A stretch of DNA of 64,000 nt from Rhizaria sp. SCN 62-66. Its lineage: Eukaryota. Positions 21,201 through 31,122 of the stretch are shown here, piece after piece (position 1 is the first letter of the stretch; every line of letters begins with the position of its first letter). Location: the NCBI GenBank assembly GCA_001724265.1, contig MEDY01000009.1:62001-126000 (forward strand). The letters are read 5' to 3'. The notes below the pieces were generated by a model. It ran no database searches and was not told where the DNA came from. It worked only from the letters and a program-made list of their open reading frames with translations. The translations under genes were made by a program, and so were the position numbers.

Positions 21201-24200
21201 CGCGCAAGTCCTACCACGTCTCGCTCGCGCGCGCGCTGTGGAGCGCGTGCCGCTGCAGCGGCGACTCGGCGCGCCGCCGCCGCCTTAAGGCCGAGCCGCA
21301 GCAGGCCGCCGAGGCCTGGTCGGACATCCTGCGTAGGCTCAAGGAGCGCCAGGAGACGCTGGAGAAGAAGACCGAGGAGGTCAACGCCGCTGCGGCCGCC
21401 GCGGCCGTCGCCAAGAGTTCCGCACTGACCGACAACGGCGGCGCAGTGAGAATGCAGTCTGCCGCGCGCCCAGCGCCCGGCGCCGCCGCGGGGGAGGACT
21501 CTGTCTCGCGCCGCGGCGCCGACACGGTGTCGCGCCGCAGCAAGTCGTCGATGTCGCGCGTGTCGCAGACGCAGCGCGCGCCGGGGCCCGTGCACAGCGC
21601 CACTCTCGCGCGCGCGATGCCGGCCTCCAACGCCGCGCAGGCCGCCGCGATCGCCGCCGCCAACGCCAGTGCGGCGGACAGCAAGGGCGGCGACAAGCAG
21701 ATCTCGTTCTCGCTGACGTCGATGCGCGCCGGCGCGGACATGGGCTCCTCGGCTGGCCAGTCGGACGCCGAGTACTGGGGCGTGTCGGCCACGGGCTCCG
21801 CGTCGGCCTCCGCCGCGGGGTCCCCGGCGCAGACGCAGCCGCCGCTCGACGCCTACGCCATCGCGGCCGCTAATGCCGCCAACGCCGCCGCTGCGACCGT
21901 GGCTGTGTCCGGCGAGCTCAAGCCCGCACAGCTGCAGCAGCAGCAGTCAACGACGGACTCCGCCAGCACTGGTGCCGGCGCTGGCGCTGCTGGGGCCGCT
22001 GGCAGCGTCAGAGGCCTGCCGCCGCTGCCTGCGCCGGCTCTGTCGACCGCGCCGTCGTGGACCGACGCTCGATATCAGCACCAGGTGCTGACGCACCCCT
22101 GGACTGTCCACCAGCAGCAACAACAGCAGCAGATGTACCCCGGCCTCTTCAACGCGCAGCTGCCGCAGCAGCCGCAGCAGCAGCAGTTCTTGATTCCCTA
22201 TCAGCCGCAGCCGCCGACGTACACCGCGCCCTTTGTCCCCGCGCCGTCCATCGTGTCGGGTCCCGTCGTCGCCACCGGCGGCTGCCCCACGGTCGCCGCG
22301 GGCGGCTGCCCCGCCAGCGTCGCCGGCGCCAGCGCGGCCAGCGCGGCCAGCGCGGCAGGCTGCCCTGCAAGCGCGGCGCCGACCGCGGCCGCGCCCACCG
22401 CCCTGAGCCTGCAGGAGCAGCTGCAGAGCCAGATTACTGCGATCCAGTCGCAGCTCGTGGCCTCGCAGGCGGCGTTCGCGGCCACGTCGTCGACTCTCGC
22501 GCTGCCTATGTCGCCCTCCCTGGTGCCCATGTCGCCGCCCATCGCGCCGCTGCCACTGCCCCTGCCCGTTCCCGGCGCATCGACAGCCCCGGGAGCGGCC
22601 GGCCTGCCCGGTTCTGCGGGCATCATGGGCGCGACCGGTCCCATGCAGTCGGTGCCCGCGCTCGCCGGCGGCGGACTCGCAGGCAGCCCCTCGTTCGCCG
22701 GCGTCGGCGTCGGTGTCATCGCTGGCGGCGTGCCGGCCGCGTCTCTGGCGCCCGCGCCGGCGCCCGTGGTGCTACCCGCGAGCGCGCCCGTCACGTCGCC
22801 CGCCAGAGTCCCTGCCAACCCCGCCGGCGTCGCAGTCAACACTGGCGGCGCGGTCTCGGCTATCCCCGCGCTCTCTCCGGCGCACTCGTCGCTGTCCTCC
22901 GTGCCCGCCGGCGGCGGCTCTGCCGCCGTGACCGCCGCAGCGACCGTGGCCGCCGCGACGGCGAATGCGGACCTAGAGCGCCGCCTGCAGCAGCAGCAGG
23001 ACCTCACGTCGCGCCTCTCCGACGCCGTCGACACGCTTAAGGCCGAGCTGGCCGCGCTCAGGGCCGCGCCGCCCGTGCTCCGTCCCTCCGCCGCCGCCGC
23101 TGCTGCTGCCGCCGCCGCCGCAGCTGCGGGTGCGGGTGCGAACGCAGGAATGTCCAAGTTGCCCCGCCACAACAGCTACGGCGCTGGCATCTCCTCTTTA
23201 GCTCCTGGCGGCAGTGGCAACGCGCTGCCCTCGCAGCTGCAGCAGCAGATCCACCTGCACAGTGCCGCCGCACCGGGCCCGGCCGTGTCGCCCAGTCCGC
23301 AGCCTTACACCGCTGGTGCTGGGTCTGGCGCAGCAGGCAGCCGGACGCCGCACGTGACGCCGCCGGCGACGCCCGGGCTGCTGGTCATCCCGCCCGCGCA
23401 GGGCCCCGTCATATCGTCCCCGATCGGCTCCGTGCCAGGCGCCTTCGCCGGCGCGGGCGCCAGAGGCATGCCGGGCGCGTTCGTAGCGCCGCGCCAGTAC
23501 AACACCTTCATGGCAGGCCCCTCGCGGCCGGGGCGCATCGGCGGCGCGGGCGGCGCGACGGGCGGCGCTGCCGCGTTGCGCGCGCTCTTCAACAACCCAG
23601 CCCCACGCCCGTCGCCGCCGCCGGCCACCGTCTCCCCGGGCACAGGCGCGGGCAACGGCGGGCAGCGCCGCGGCAGCCAGCTGCTGTCGCCGGGCGCGAT
23701 GATGTCCGCCGCCGCCGCGAGTCCGCACGGCAGCACGCGGGCCAGCCCGGAGCCCGTCGGGCCGGGCGCGGGCGCGAGCGCGGGCGCCGCCGCGGCGATG
23801 CCGGCCGTCCCGCCGCAGCTGTGGCTGCAGCAGGAGCTGCGCCGCCACCGTCAGCTGACTGCGCAGCGCGAGCAGCAGCGCTCGCGCGGCCTCGCCGGCG
23901 CGGGCGCGACTCCTCTAGCCTCTGGAGGCGTGCCGGGCGCCCTCGCCCCGCTGGCGGCCACGACCAAGATCGGCAGCGCCAGCACGAACGCGATCGCTGC
24001 GACCGCGGCGGCCAACGCGGCGGGCAGCGGCGAGGTGACGCCCATCACCCCGCTCACGGTCACCAGCTCCGGCAGCGGCCTCGGGCACGCGCGCCACAGC
24101 CTCTCCGGCGCCGGCGCCGGGCTGGGCCACAGCTACAGCGCGGGCAACGCCGCCGTCATCGCCGCGGGCGCCACTGCGGGAGCGCCCAGTGTGCTGGTCA

Positions 24201-25621
24201 CGCCACGCGGGTCGCCTCACGGCACGGCGCGGTCGCTCTCGCGCGCGGGCTCGCTGCAGCGCGTGCCTAGCGACATCCCCTTCTTCGGCGCCGCGGCCGC
24301 GCAGCTCATGGTGGGTCCCAACGGCGCCGTCACCGGGCCTTCGGTCTCACCGCCCGCACAGGGGCTGGGGCTCGGCATCGACCGCGGGCTCACACCGCGG
24401 CCGCGCCCCGCGTCGCGGTCCTCGTCCTTTGCCAACCTGCACCACGCCGCCAGCGCCGACGACGTCGCGGCCCCCACCGCCACTGCCGGCGGCGGCGGCT
24501 CCAGAGTCATCGCCGCCGCGGCGACTGGCACCGAGGACGGCGGGGACAGCCCCGTTTCGCCCACACCCGCCGCGAAGCCGACCGTGCTGCTCGCCGGCTC
24601 CGCGGTCCCGCAGCCGCAGGCCCGCGTGTCGCCGTCCCCCGGCGCTAGCGGCGGCGGCGGCGGCATGAAGCGCTCGCAGTCGACGGGTAAGATCCCGGGC
24701 GCGGGCGACGTGCCCTCAATCGTTGTCTCGGGCGCCACCGGCGGCATCGTGACCCCGCAGCCGCACGCGGGCGGCGCAGCGGCGCAGGACCGGCCGCGCA
24801 CGCCGCGGACCGCGCTGTCGGGCACCGGCACGCCGATCCTGACCGCGCAGCACCACGCGGGGCTGTCGCTTTCGCGCCCGCCGTCGGTCAACGCGGTGTC
24901 AGCGCTCGGCGCGCCTGCCGCGGGCCGCATGCGACCGGCGCCGAGCGCGGCGTCGCTGCTGCTGCCGCCCACGACCTCGGCCGCGACGCTCGCCGCGCTC
25001 GCCGAGTCCACCGCGCACGCCTACGCCACGCTCTCCGCCGCTGCCGCTGCGGCGGCGATGAAGCACATCACGTCCTCGCGCCAGCAGCAGCAGCGCAACG
25101 GCGGCGGCGACGGCGGCGGCGAGCGCGCCGGAGTGCAGCCGCTGCTGCCGGGCCACCGACGCGGGCCCGCCGCTGCCGAGAGCGCGGCCGGCGACGCGCT
25201 GGCCAGTCTGTTCGTCCCGCCCTCGGCCACCGGCGCCGGGGCCGTGGGCTCTTCGGGTGCGGGCGCCAAGTCCGGCCGCTGGTCCCCGGCCCCTGGCGGC
25301 GCGGCGGGCGACTTGACCGTCGGCGACCGCAAGCGGGGCGTGAGTGGGCACGGCGCCACGCTTGAGCACCATCTCAGCTCGGTCAACGAGGAGCTCCCAG
25401 GCGAGGACGAGGACGGCGCCGCGCGACTCACCGGCCGCAGCGGCCACTATGGCGGCGGCGGCCACGGCGGCCCGCCCAATGGCCCCCGCGGCGGCCGCGG
25501 CGGCGCGCGGGGCGGCCGGGGTGGCGTGGCGGGCGGCCGCGTGCGCGCCGACAGCGTCGAGTTCCCCGCGCTGGACATGGACGACGACGTCACCATGCCC
25601 GGCACCGACGCTGCTGTCTAA
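14123..25621 (+). CDS. ThrE/PRM10 (DUF1212) family threonine/serine exporter-like membrane protein, about 3830 codons with one in-frame TAG at 16055-16057
   Basis: ORFs 14123-16057 and 16178-25621 are in the same frame, separated only by one TAG plus 40 open codons. The N-terminal part of the ThrE domain (LLKALARYGCTTHRIEFLVHRVAKALGVRCNAMVLPNMLMITFG...GLDCYKL, about 15380-15650) is in ORF1. Its continuation and roughly 10 hydrophobic segments (ALHRIISAPSLYPPW...FFGGG...IIWFLPGWSITTAVIELGARSMISGTVRF...LMLVPGSIGVRG, about 20290-21210) are in ORF2. Ends TAA. Confidence 0.8.
18197..18256 (+). repeat. (CAG)n poly-Gln tract
   Basis: CAG run with two CTC interruptions; other poly-Q runs occur near 15240, 17350, 17695 and 22110. 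Confidence 0.9.
19097..19153 (+). repeat. 15-nt coding tandem repeat, about 4 copies (VATGP/VAGGP)
   Basis: gtggccaccggcccc gtggccaccggcccg gtggccggcggccca gtggccggcggt. Confidence 0.85.
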
Positions 25622-26361
25622 ATGGCACGCTTGCTGTGGTTGAGTGTGGTGCGTGATGTTAGCTTGTAAGATTTTGTATGCTGTTACATTTAGCTGTTTT
25701 CGTATCTTAATGATGTTGTGTCGGAATAGCTGCACAACTCAAACTTTTTGATTTTTTATCTTTATTTAATGCAAGGATGTATTTCTCTTTTTTTTGCGTT
25801 CTCCGATGTTGTACGTGACTGGCAGTGCTCGTTATTGGTTAAAAGCGCGCTGTCAAACTTCATGACAGACATAAGTTAACACAGAGACGTCCTCGACAAA
25901 TAATTCTAATTCAAATTTCAACGCAATACAGATGTAGATTCAACCGACGGAGCATATCATATCGCAAGAGATAAATGGGAGATAGTTTTAGAATGTACAA
26001 TGTGTGTATGATTTTCTTTCGTCTTCCATTCCAAGCCGCATCGTGCACCGCACAACGTGCACAGCGCCCGACAACAACTCATCTTAAACAAACAGAAACA
26101 ACTCAAAAAGAAAAAAATGACTATTTTAGTTTTGAATCTTACTAGACTTGTTGGTATTTAGTTTTACAAATGATAACCTTCCTTCCATGCCTTACTTACA
26201 AACTCACTCCTCAATCCTCACGAGAATAAAAACGCAGCACAAGCTTGTCTCTGGAGCATGTTGCTTCAAACAACGCGCTCTGTGACCTTATGTCGCGTCA
26301 TGAATATCCTTTTTCGCCTGCTTAGATGCGTGCAGCGCGGTACTTAACCTTGGCCTTGCGC

Positions 26362-27684
26362 TTAGAGGTACTTGGAGGCGTCCCAGACGGTGATGCGGCC
26401 GTCGAGGCCCGAGGTGGTGAAGTGGCCGCGCGTCTGGCGACCGAGCTTGAGGCACGTGATGGTGTTGGTGTGCGTGGTGAAGGCGACCTTGGTGGCGACC
26501 TCCTCGCCGAACTTGGTGCCCTGGTACGCGGCCTGGCGGAACTTAGCAAAGGCCGCCGAGGTCGCCGACTGCGCGGGGCCCGCCGCAGCCTTGGCGTCGG
26601 ACTCCTTCTCAGCGTAGCCCTTGAAGGACCACTCGCCGTTGCCGCCGCGGGTGAAGAAGGCGGGGTTGTTGTCGAAGCCGACGGCGACGATGGCGTCGTC
26701 GGTCAGGAACTCGACCTGCAGGAAGGGCAGGTCGCGCAGCTTCAGCGTCTGCACGTCAGTGACAGACTTGTCCAGGTCCACAAAGTGGATGGTCGAGCCG
26801 TGGCCGGCGAACACCACGCGGCGGCCGTTGGGGGAGAAGGCGGCGGCGTTGACCCAGCCGTTGGCCTGAGAGCGAGAGAATGAGTGAAAAGAGAAAGATA
26901 TATGCGACGGTGTGAGTCATAAAAAAAAACAAAAAACGAGGAACGTAGTCAGCAGGAAAACAATCTATGTGGTTCTTCTCATCGAACCAAAGTGAAGTAA
27001 AGACTAAAGAGCTAGAGAGTATTGCAACGAAGAGACAAGACGCACCTGGTCGTACTCGACGAGGGTCTCGCCGAAGGTGTAGAGGTCGGGGGTGTTGAAG
27101 ATGGCATCGTACTCGCCCGTCTTGGCGTCGAGCGCCTTGTCGAACACGGACACAATGCGGCACTTGTAGTCGGTGCCCGCGGTGACCATGAGCTGGGAGT
27201 TGGGCGAGAAGGCCGCCGTGAGGATGGTCGACTTGTGGTTCTTACGGACGATCTTGCTGATCCACCAGTCGGACGACGCCTCGTGGTTGCACACGGCGAT
27301 CTGCTTCGAGCCAGACGGCACGGCGAACTTCTTCTGGCAGGGGGACCACACGGCGCCCGTGGCGGCGCGGTTGATGCGGAGCATGCAGAGAGACGGCTTC
27401 CAGATGTTGTCGGCGGCGTTGTAGGTCCAGACGTAGGCATTGCGGTCGTGCGAGGCAGTGAGGATCTGGTTGTCGGTGTTCCAGTCGATGCCAGAGACAA
27501 TGGAGGTGTGCTCGGCGATGGTGTGGAGCTTAGTCCACTTCTTGGGGTCGGAGCCCGAGGAGCAGTCGTAGATGTGGACCTCGGGGGAGTTGGGGCAGAT
27601 GGCGACCATCTTGCCGTCGGGGCTGAAGGTGTGCGCGGTGATCACCTCCGCAAGGCCCTTCTCCTCGGCAACCATCAAGGACAT
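26362..27684 (-). CDS. ARPC1: Arp2/3 complex subunit 1 (p41-Arc), WD40; join(27684..27046,26865..26362), 380 aa
   Basis: Motifs AICPNSPEVHIY, ILTASHDRNAYVW, WKPSLCMLRINRAATGAVWSP, KKFAVPSGSKQIAVC, DWWISK, HKSTILTAAFSPNS, GTDYKCRIVS; after a phase-0 intron GWVNAAAFSPNG, LPFL, THTNTITCL, FTTSGLDGRITVW. Ends TAA. Confidence 0.95.
26866..27045 (-). other. Spliceosomal intron in ARPC1 (180 nt, phase 0)
   Basis: Donor CAG|GTGCGT, T-rich body, pyrimidine tract ending CTCTCAG|GCC; splicing restores YDQ-ANGWVN. Confidence 0.92.
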
Positions 27685-28660
27685 TGGTCTCTTGTCTGAG
27701 CGCAGTAAGTGCGGGGGTGATGTAGTGTGAGGGACGCGGAGCAAAAGAGAGGAGGGGGAAGACGTGGTGAGGGGACTGGTCAAGCAAAGCACACGATGGT
27801 TCAAGAAAGATTAAACTACGCCTCGCACAACCGTTACTGAAAAAAAGCCAAGTAGATCAAGATAGAACATGTCGTCATCTATGTGATGGCTTTCCTAGAA
27901 GTTCAGCAAGCTCCCGTGGATAGCGGAAACGAGGATCCCATCTGGAGCACGAAGAGGCGACGACGTCAAGCGGGATTCTTGGTCGAAACAGACGGTCATA
28001 TCTAGAACAAGCAGACGCAGCTGAGCGCAATAGTGCCACAATATAGATACAACGCATTCTCATAAATTATACAATACAAAAATCACGTCAAAGAAGTAAA
28101 GTCTACGGCAAGATATCTCGATTTTGAGCAAGTCATGGTGTTGGCTAAGGGGCCGTCGCGAGCAGCGACCAGCCTCGCGCCCAGACCGAAAAATCGATCA
28201 GTTGCTCACGGTCACTCTTCGGTGAACTTCACAGAAGAACACCACAATCTGAACCGACCATGACTCAGAGATAAAATGATGTATCGGACGCGTGATTGCT
28301 GTCGTCAAACAGCGATGCTGTTAAGATTCAGGCATCGAGTAGAACATGTTCTCTGTATTCTGTTTATTACATGTCCAACAAAGCTGAGTACATGACGCAG
28401 GGGACTGCCAGGAGACCCTGCAATCGCAAATCTTTGCTCCCTTGCGTCGACTGCCGCGTGCCACCTCCCTCTCACAACGCAATGATGCTCAAGCCTTCGC
28501 ATGATCGGAGCTATAATCGATGAACCTGTTTTTTATCACCTGAAATCTCGTCTGGCTCTACTCTTGACTTTGTCTACACGTTATCCTGTTGCACTATGCT
28601 CACTCCTGATCTCGTACTTCACACTTGCGCGCTCTCTCAATCTCCAGTCATCACCCCCGA
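27685..28660. promoter_or_regulatory. Divergent spacer ARPC1/SPP; probable bidirectional promoter
   Basis: Low-GC head-to-head spacer with a short GC patch near 28145-28190. Confidence 0.55.
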
Positions 28661-30400
28661 ATGCGCGGACGCCTCGACATTCTGGTGTGCTACGGCGCCA
28701 TGGTCGTAGTCTCGCTGCTGTCGATCATCGCAACCGTGCCCGTCTTCCTGCAGATGCTGATCTTCACTGTGGCGACCATCTACCTGGGCTGCCACTACGC
28801 CATGGCGCCCGAGGGCCACACCAAGACCGCCGACGCGGAGCGCATGGAGCGCTCGGACGTCTACCTCTTCCCCATCATCGGTTCCTGTGTGCTCTTCTCG
28901 CTCTACATTGTCTTCAAGATTTTCCCTCGCGCGATCCTCATGTTCGTCGTCAAGACCTACTTCCTCGCCGTCGGCTCCTTCGTGGTCTACTCGCGCGTCG
29001 CCGCGCTCGCCCGCGACTACCTCAAGCCCGAGACGCTGACCACCCTCGAGGCCAAGACGTACACCGTGCCGCTCACGGCCGTGAACACGCAAATCAACAA
29101 CGTGCGCGCGCAGTACGCCAAGCACGAGCCCGCGCTGCGCCCGCACCTCGAGACAGCGCAGAAGCTCTACGCCAAGGCTTCGGAGGTCGCAGTTATGGTT
29201 TACGAGAAGGCTCAGCCCGCGCTTGCCGCCGCCGAGACCAAGCTCAACTCGATCTTCGGCGACGACAAGAACGCTGCCGCCAAGCCCGCTGAGCCCGCCG
29301 CCGCCCCCGCTCCCGCTGCTGCCCCCGCCGCTGCTGCCGCCGCTGACAGCAACGGCGACATGCTGCCCGCCTCCCTGCCCCTCACCGGTGTCGACGCCGC
29401 CGCGGCCGCCTTCGCGATCTTCGTCGCCGTCGTGTACATCATCTTCAACCCGCCGTGGGCAAACAACGTGTACGGCGTGCTTATGTCCATCCAGGCCATC
29501 GAGCTCCTCAACCTGGGCTCCATCCTCAACGGCACCATCCTGCTCTCGGCGCTCTTCATCTACGACATCTTCTGGGTCTTCGGCACCGAGGTCATGGTTA
29601 CCGTCGCCAAGAACTTCGACGCGCCGATCAAGCTCATCTTCCCCGCGCTCCCGCGCAACAGCATGCTCGGCCTCGGCGACATCGTCATCCCGGGCATCTT
29701 CATCGCCATGGCGCTGCGCTACGACGCCAAGGTTGCGCGCCCCGCCGTGGCGCCCGTCGCGCCCGTCCCCGCCGCCGGTGCGGCCGCCGTGACCCCGCTG
29801 CAGCACGTCCAGTTCGCGCTCGCGCACGTGGCCAACTTCAACCCCGCCAAGCTGGCGTTCCGCCCCGAGTACTTCAACATCGTCATGCTGGGCTACGCCG
29901 CGGGCATCGCGGTCACGCTCGGCGTCATGTACGTCTTCAAGGCCGCGCAGCCCGCGCTGCTGTACCTCGTGCCCGCCTGCCTGGGCGCCGTGTACGGACT
30001 GGCCTACTCCAAGGGCGCCAAGGAGCTCGACGCCGTGCGCGACTTTAGCGACGACGCCCCCGCTCCCGAGGCCGCCGCGCCCGTCGCGCCCGCCGTGCCC
30101 AAGATCCCCGAGGTCAAGCCGCTCGCCGCCTCCGTTGCCGCCGCCGCTGCGGGCGCCGCTGACGCCGCCAAGGCTGCCGCCGCCAAGGCTGCCGCGGCGG
30201 CCAAAGAGGCCGTAGAGGAGGCGAAGGCGGCTGTGGCGACCCCCGAGGCGGAGGCCAAGGCTGAGGCCGAGGCCGCGGCCGAGATCGAGGGCGCCCCGCT
30301 CGAGGGCGACGTCGGCGAGCTGGCCGAGGAGGCCGACGAGGGCGAGGGCGACGGCCTGCGCGAGCGCACCAACACCATGGTCGAGCCCGTCGACGAGTAA
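28661..30400 (+). CDS. SPP: Signal peptide peptidase (peptidase A22B, HM13-like), 579 aa
   Basis: Catalytic LFIYDIFWVFGTEVMVTVAK (YD at 29561), SMLGLGDIVIPGIF (GxGD) and AQPALLYLVP (PAL); FPIIGSCVLFSLY; multiple TM segments. First ATG at 28661; ends TAA. Confidence 0.95.
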   Translation: MRGRLDILVCYGAMVVVSLLSIIATVPVFLQMLIFTVATIYLGCHYAMAPEGHTKTADAERMERSDVYLFPIIGSCVLFSLYIVFKIFPRAILMFVVKTYFLAVGSFVVYSRVAALARDYLKPETLTTLEAKTYTVPLTAVNTQINNVRAQYAKHEPALRPHLETAQKLYAKASEVAVMVYEKAQPALAAAETKLNSIFGDDKNAAAKPAEPAAAPAPAAAPAAAAAADSNGDMLPASLPLTGVDAAAAAFAIFVAVVYIIFNPPWANNVYGVLMSIQAIELLNLGSILNGTILLSALFIYDIFWVFGTEVMVTVAKNFDAPIKLIFPALPRNSMLGLGDIVIPGIFIAMALRYDAKVARPAVAPVAPVPAAGAAAVTPLQHVQFALAHVANFNPAKLAFRPEYFNIVMLGYAAGIAVTLGVMYVFKAAQPALLYLVPACLGAVYGLAYSKGAKELDAVRDFSDDAPAPEAAAPVAPAVPKIPEVKPLAASVAAAAAGAADAAKAAAAKAAAAAKEAVEEAKAAVATPEAEAKAEAEAAAEIEGAPLEGDVGELAEEADEGEGDGLRERTNTMVEPVDE

Positions 30401-31122
30401 GCTTAACGTAAACGCGCGCTTGCTGGTGCTAACAACGCTTACCAATGCGACTGCCGAGTCAGTCCTGACAGAGTCGCTCGGCAGCTATCTTCTCAACGTG
30501 ACGCCCGCTGACAAGTGGATCATTGATGTCACTTGTTTGCGAGCCGCTGAAACATACTGAACTGACTACACAGTGTGTTTCTCTCTCTCTTTTCTCTGTT
30601 TTTGATCGCGGTCACAATATGACTCTTGTTGTAAGTATCATCATTGCTGATGTGTAAAGTAAAAATGCCTAAAACTAAACAAAAAGTGAACAAGTAATCT
30701 GACCAGTTACTGGCGTTTGATAATCATTGTGTCTCTTAGCGACATCATGACAACGAACGCAAGTGACGAAGAGCTAATATGATTGTGCATGTTCATAGGT
30801 CGTCACTTATCAAGCGACATCTTGCAGCTGTGCACTTTCGGAAAAGTTCTGTTTTGTTATACTAGTATGATAATAACTCAATACACTGTACATGGATAAA
30901 AAATTAATACTCCATATCTGAATCAACACTTACTCATGAAATCAAATTAGCGTTCGTAGGTTGCAGCACGCAGTGCCTGTAACGATGTACAAGAGTTGTT
31001 TTGACATAATATAGAGGTTTATTAGTATAAATATGTAATAAATAAGTAGGTAACTGGGCGTCCTTGATATGCAGATAAATAACCGAGTGCTAAATCTCAA
31101 CGGTACAAAAAGATGAAAAGCC

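Noticed and set aside
16178-25621. Treating the 3147-aa ORF as a gene separate from 14123-16057
   Set aside because: Same frame, no AT-rich spacer unlike every real gene boundary here, and one ThrE domain is shared between the two parts.
26930-27000. Possible C/D snoRNA in the ARPC1 intron (CGATGA...CTGA)
   Set aside because: The C box is non-canonical and the boxes are too close together.
28637-30445. 602-aa antisense ORF spanning the whole SPP gene
   Set aside because: The codon-aligned antisense frame stays open because the sense gene avoids TTA/CTA/TCA; no independent evidence of coding.
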